Positions 60,195 through 64,000 of a DNA stretch of 64,000 nt are shown here, piece after piece. Position 1 is the stretch's first letter, and every line of letters begins with the position of its first letter. The notes below the pieces were generated by a model. That model made no database searches and was not told where the DNA came from. It saw only the letters and a program-made list of their open reading frames with translations. Position numbers and translations under genes: made by a program. The DNA lies in the NCBI GenBank assembly GCA_049999805.1, contig JBNGIO010006231.1:198451-262450 (forward strand), written 5' to 3'. The DNA comes from Folioceros fuciformis (lineage: Eukaryota).

Positions 60195-63100
60195 TCAGCA
60201 GTTGATGCCACACTGCGTCAAGTCGGGTCCGTTTGCCTTGCTCAAGAAGGGATCTATTCTCACCCAGAGAAGGGAGAAAATAGAGGCCAGAAGGATGGAC
60301 CACACAATGACGATGGTGGGCGTCCTGTTCTGTCGTCCCATGAGACCCTTCAGGAAAGGATACAAGTGGACGATCACCCAGAAAGCGAAGAAAAGCTTTC
60401 CGAACAGTGGACCCCATGATTGATACCCGTTATTCACAGCATCTGAGATACCAGCGACCACACCCACCAGGTTGATGATGAGCAGAGTGGTGGGCGGGAT
60501 GAGGAGAGTAGTCCACTTGAAGGCATACAGTTCACCAAAGTTGCCATCTTCGTCAGTTGCCTTGGCTGTCACAGTGAAGTTGGTGTCGATACCGGCCAGG
60601 ACCTTCAGCAGACCTTGGAAGACGGCAAACAGATGGGATGAGACACCTCCAATGACCCAAAACTGCTCGTTCCTCCACCATTCGTCAATACCGACGCCAC
60701 TCCATCTCATCTCCAGAATACCAGTGGCAAAAATAGAAATGAAGAGCAGAATAAACCACAAACTGGCAAAGTTGCTGATCTGCAGGAAAGTAACCCACAT
60801 ACAGGCACATGTTACAACCACAAGCTCATCTGAACAGTAGACTTGAATTCACAGGGGAAAAGGTATCACGTACGGTTGGAATGATGAATTTGTTGGTCAG
60901 CAGGCAAACGGCAGGCAGGGTACAGTATGCCACCAGAGGGATAGACGTCCAAGGATACACAGTGGTGTTGATGTAGGCAAGTCTCTCAAGGCATTTAAGG
61001 CGGCCACCATAACCGTACCACAGAGGACAATGGCGACTGAGAAAAATCTCAACCGAACCAAGTGCCCAACGAAGCACTTGATGCAGACGATCAGACAGAT
61101 TGATGGGAGCAGAACCCTTGAAGGCAGGTAGGTGTGGCATGCAATACACGGAACGCCATCCACGGCAGTGCATCTTGAAACCAGTGAGAATATCCTCTGT
61201 AACTGACCCATAAATCCAGCCAATCTACACAAACGAGTCCAGGATTGAGGCAAGAGATTCAGAAGCGACAGGAAAGAAGTAGACAGACGAATGTTTGTTG
61301 CTCTCTACCTCCTTTCCCCAATCAGTCTTATCCTCGTAGCCACAGCTGATGACATGGATAGCTTCCTTCAGCAGAGATCCTGGGCTAGAAGTATGGGCAA
61401 CGCCTCCTTGGGCAAGAATGGTGGATGCCACAAGCACAGGAGACTGGCCAAACCTCTTCTCGAAATTCTTCATTGACATGAGGGAAGACTTCTCGTCATC
61501 GAGGCCTGTGAGCAACCACAGACGCAGACGTTTCAACAACTCTGGCACCGCAAACAGAATTAAACATAATCCAAGAGTAATCACTTAGGCCCACCTTCAA
61601 TTCCTTCCTCGATGTCCTCTAGGTTGAAAATGGGAATGGTAGAATCGCTGCGGGTGGGGGGCATCTTCTTCACGTCGTTCTTCCCCTTCTTGTTCTTCTT
61701 ACCCTTCCTGCTATTGCCACAACACAACGTGGCGCAGCAGTTGCAGGTCTCGCTTTTCTTTTTCTCTTTCACCACAGGCTCGTAACCATACAGAGCTTGC
61801 TTCCTGAACACACAACCCGTCCCCACGTACACTGGTCCCTGGATACCATCCAAACCTTTCATGTTGATCTGCAAAGCCACAGGCAATCATGTCAGTCACC
61901 CGCCATACCTGTACAACACGGTGGCAAAACACAGATCACAGTGGGAAAATGATCACGTACATCGAAAAACACAGTGTTGTGGTTGGCATAACGATCATTC
62001 CGATCAATACCATCAAACCTCTGCGGAAACTGGACATAGCAGACTTTTGGCCCCACAGTGGGATCCATCATGAAGCACATGGCTTCTCTGATGGCCTTGC
62101 TGTTATTGACGTAGTGATCACAATCGAGATTGAGAAGATACGGGGCATTCGTAAGGACGGCTGACACACGCACCTATAACGACAATCAAAGAGTTAGTAA
62201 ATGCTGGACCATAGACGGATCGGATAACCAGAGTGAAAGCCCGAGAAACCGCAAACTACCATACCAAGGCATTCATGGCACCGGCTTTCTTATGATGGTT
62301 GAACCCGGGACGTTTCTCTCGAGACACGTAGACGAGGCGGGGAAGCTCATTGCCCTCGGTGTCAAGGCCTCCACTGTTGCCAAGGAAGACCTAAGCAAGA
62401 TTTCCAGGTTCCAACATGGTCAGGATCGTTACCACGGAGCACTCAAGCGGAACGGGAGGGCACCACCGACACCCCAGACAAACCTGAATCATTCCGGGAT
62501 GATCTCGAGTGTTGTTTCCTGGCCAGGGAGTGCCGTCTTGCATAGTCCAGCCTTCATCTGGCACCTTCTGGGCTTTTGCAACCAGGGCATTCACTCTTAC
62601 TTTGAACTCCTCATACTCCCTCTGCGACACTCAAAGATTGTTAAGAGTCCGACGGGACGCAGAGTTGCGGACAAGAAATGAAAAATTGAAGTGCGTACCT
62701 TCATAGCACGCCTTTCCTTCACAAAGGTCGGTTGCACCTTGTCCTTGAGGTAGTCAATTTTCTTGGCGAAGTACACCTCAGGGGCTCGGGGCTCAATGTT
62801 GAATTTCTTACAGAAGGGTACCCACTTCCTCGCAAACTCTGAGGTCTCCGACAAAGTCTCGAAGGTGAGCATAGCAGCACCATCATCAGATACGTAGCAC
62901 GACACCTTGTCCACCGGGTAATCCACAGCCAAAATAGACAACACTGTGTTGGCTGTGACCAGAGGAGGCTCTTTCGTCGGATCCACAGTACTGACGTATA
63001 TATCAATTGGACTGAGCTGAGATGGCTCTCCTTCCCTCTCATACCTAAGGCAAAAGAAGAGGGGCTTGAGGGACAAACAAAATGGCAACGACAGCAAGGA

Positions 63101-64000
63101 AGGAAAGCAGATAGGATGAAGGGATCAGAAACGGTCAGAGAGAGTAACAGAACCTCAAGCACAGCCTGTCGAGGTAAGTTTCACGGTTGATGGGCAGCCA
63201 CTTGGGGAACTGATCCAGAATCCAGGACACTGCGAACCAGATCTCGCAGATAATTGACACCAACCACAATGCAAACGCATCGTTCACAGGGTTCTGGATT
63301 CGGTAACGGAAGAAAAAGCCCAGAATAACAAGCCGGAGGACAATAAGCATGCGGTAAGGATTGATCTTGCTGGACGCAATGGACACCTTCCTCGATAAAG
63401 GCTGCCTTGCCTCGTCCATACTGCACAGCAACCCCACGACAGGGCTCAATCAAGAGATGCCCACTGTTAAAGCACGTGACGCCGGGTTTGGAATATCCAG
63501 AAGGGAGAGACTCACATGGGCAAGTCAGGACCATTTGCACCACCATCGTCAGGATCAGCTCCCTTCGGAAGCTGCGTTCCTTCCGTCATCATCATCTGCA
63601 TTTTCTCCTGTTTCTGCTTCCAGCTCTCAACCCTGTCCTTCCAAGCGACGCTGCCGTAGCCGTAAGCAGCAAGATCCTTTGACGGGTCCATGGGCCTTGC
63701 TTGAGTCACTGACAGAGGATGCAGATCAGTTAGACACAACGATGAAGACAAGACTTTCGACACAACCCTAGGCAAGACCTTAGAAGCAGACGAGAATGCA
63801 CGAAGCAGATCCTACTTGGGAGGCTGGGATCGGGGAACGGCAGAGGGTGGACTCTCTTGCTCCCGCCTCCCATGATGGGAGGAACCACAATTGCCTGATG
63901 CTCCGGAGGAATGCCCTGAGGATCTCCAGTGATCTGGAACAGCGGAATCGGAGACATGAGATTCCACACATCCGGAGCTACAGCGCAGCATCAGGGGTCG
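60195..64000 (-). CDS. CESA: Rosette-type cellulose synthase A, 5'-truncated by the window edge
   Basis: [53 protein letters not shown]-terminal TM region and CGINC*. Confidence 0.98.

Overview
This is a gene-dense land-plant nuclear segment with about 20 protein-coding genes and one pseudogene in 64 kb. Most introns are short GT-AG introns of roughly 80-130 nt, and there are two N gaps. The compactness, the balanced GC content and a PLS-class PPR gene with a 'WW'-type PG box suggest a seed-free plant, most likely a hornwort (inference). Gene order: SPS(-), UBA1(+), Upf1/IGHMBP2-like helicase(+), GT106 O-FucT(-), DBP3/RH5(+), sulfite oxidase(-), CSA/ERCC8(+), PLS-PPR(-), second GT106(+), decayed UTP23(-), mitochondrial uL4(+), PRKRIP1(+), class III peroxidase(-), metallophosphoesterase(-), LRR-III RLK(-), DWNN/RBBP6-like E3(-), RPN11(+), two divergent single-DUF26 secreted proteins(+), DCN1-like(-), and a partial CesA(-). 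I found no clear novel multi-gene system, RNA gene, CRISPR array or intact transposon. The most interesting signals are: a frameshifted but still intron-bearing UTP23 pseudogene missed by the ORF track; a WW-type PPR editing factor truncated before its deaminase site; two Gnk2-like proteins with shortened Cys motifs; an RBBP6-like gene whose 5' half sits in an AT-rich block; and a run of intronless GC-rich genes. All family assignments come from motif recognition by eye, not from database searches.
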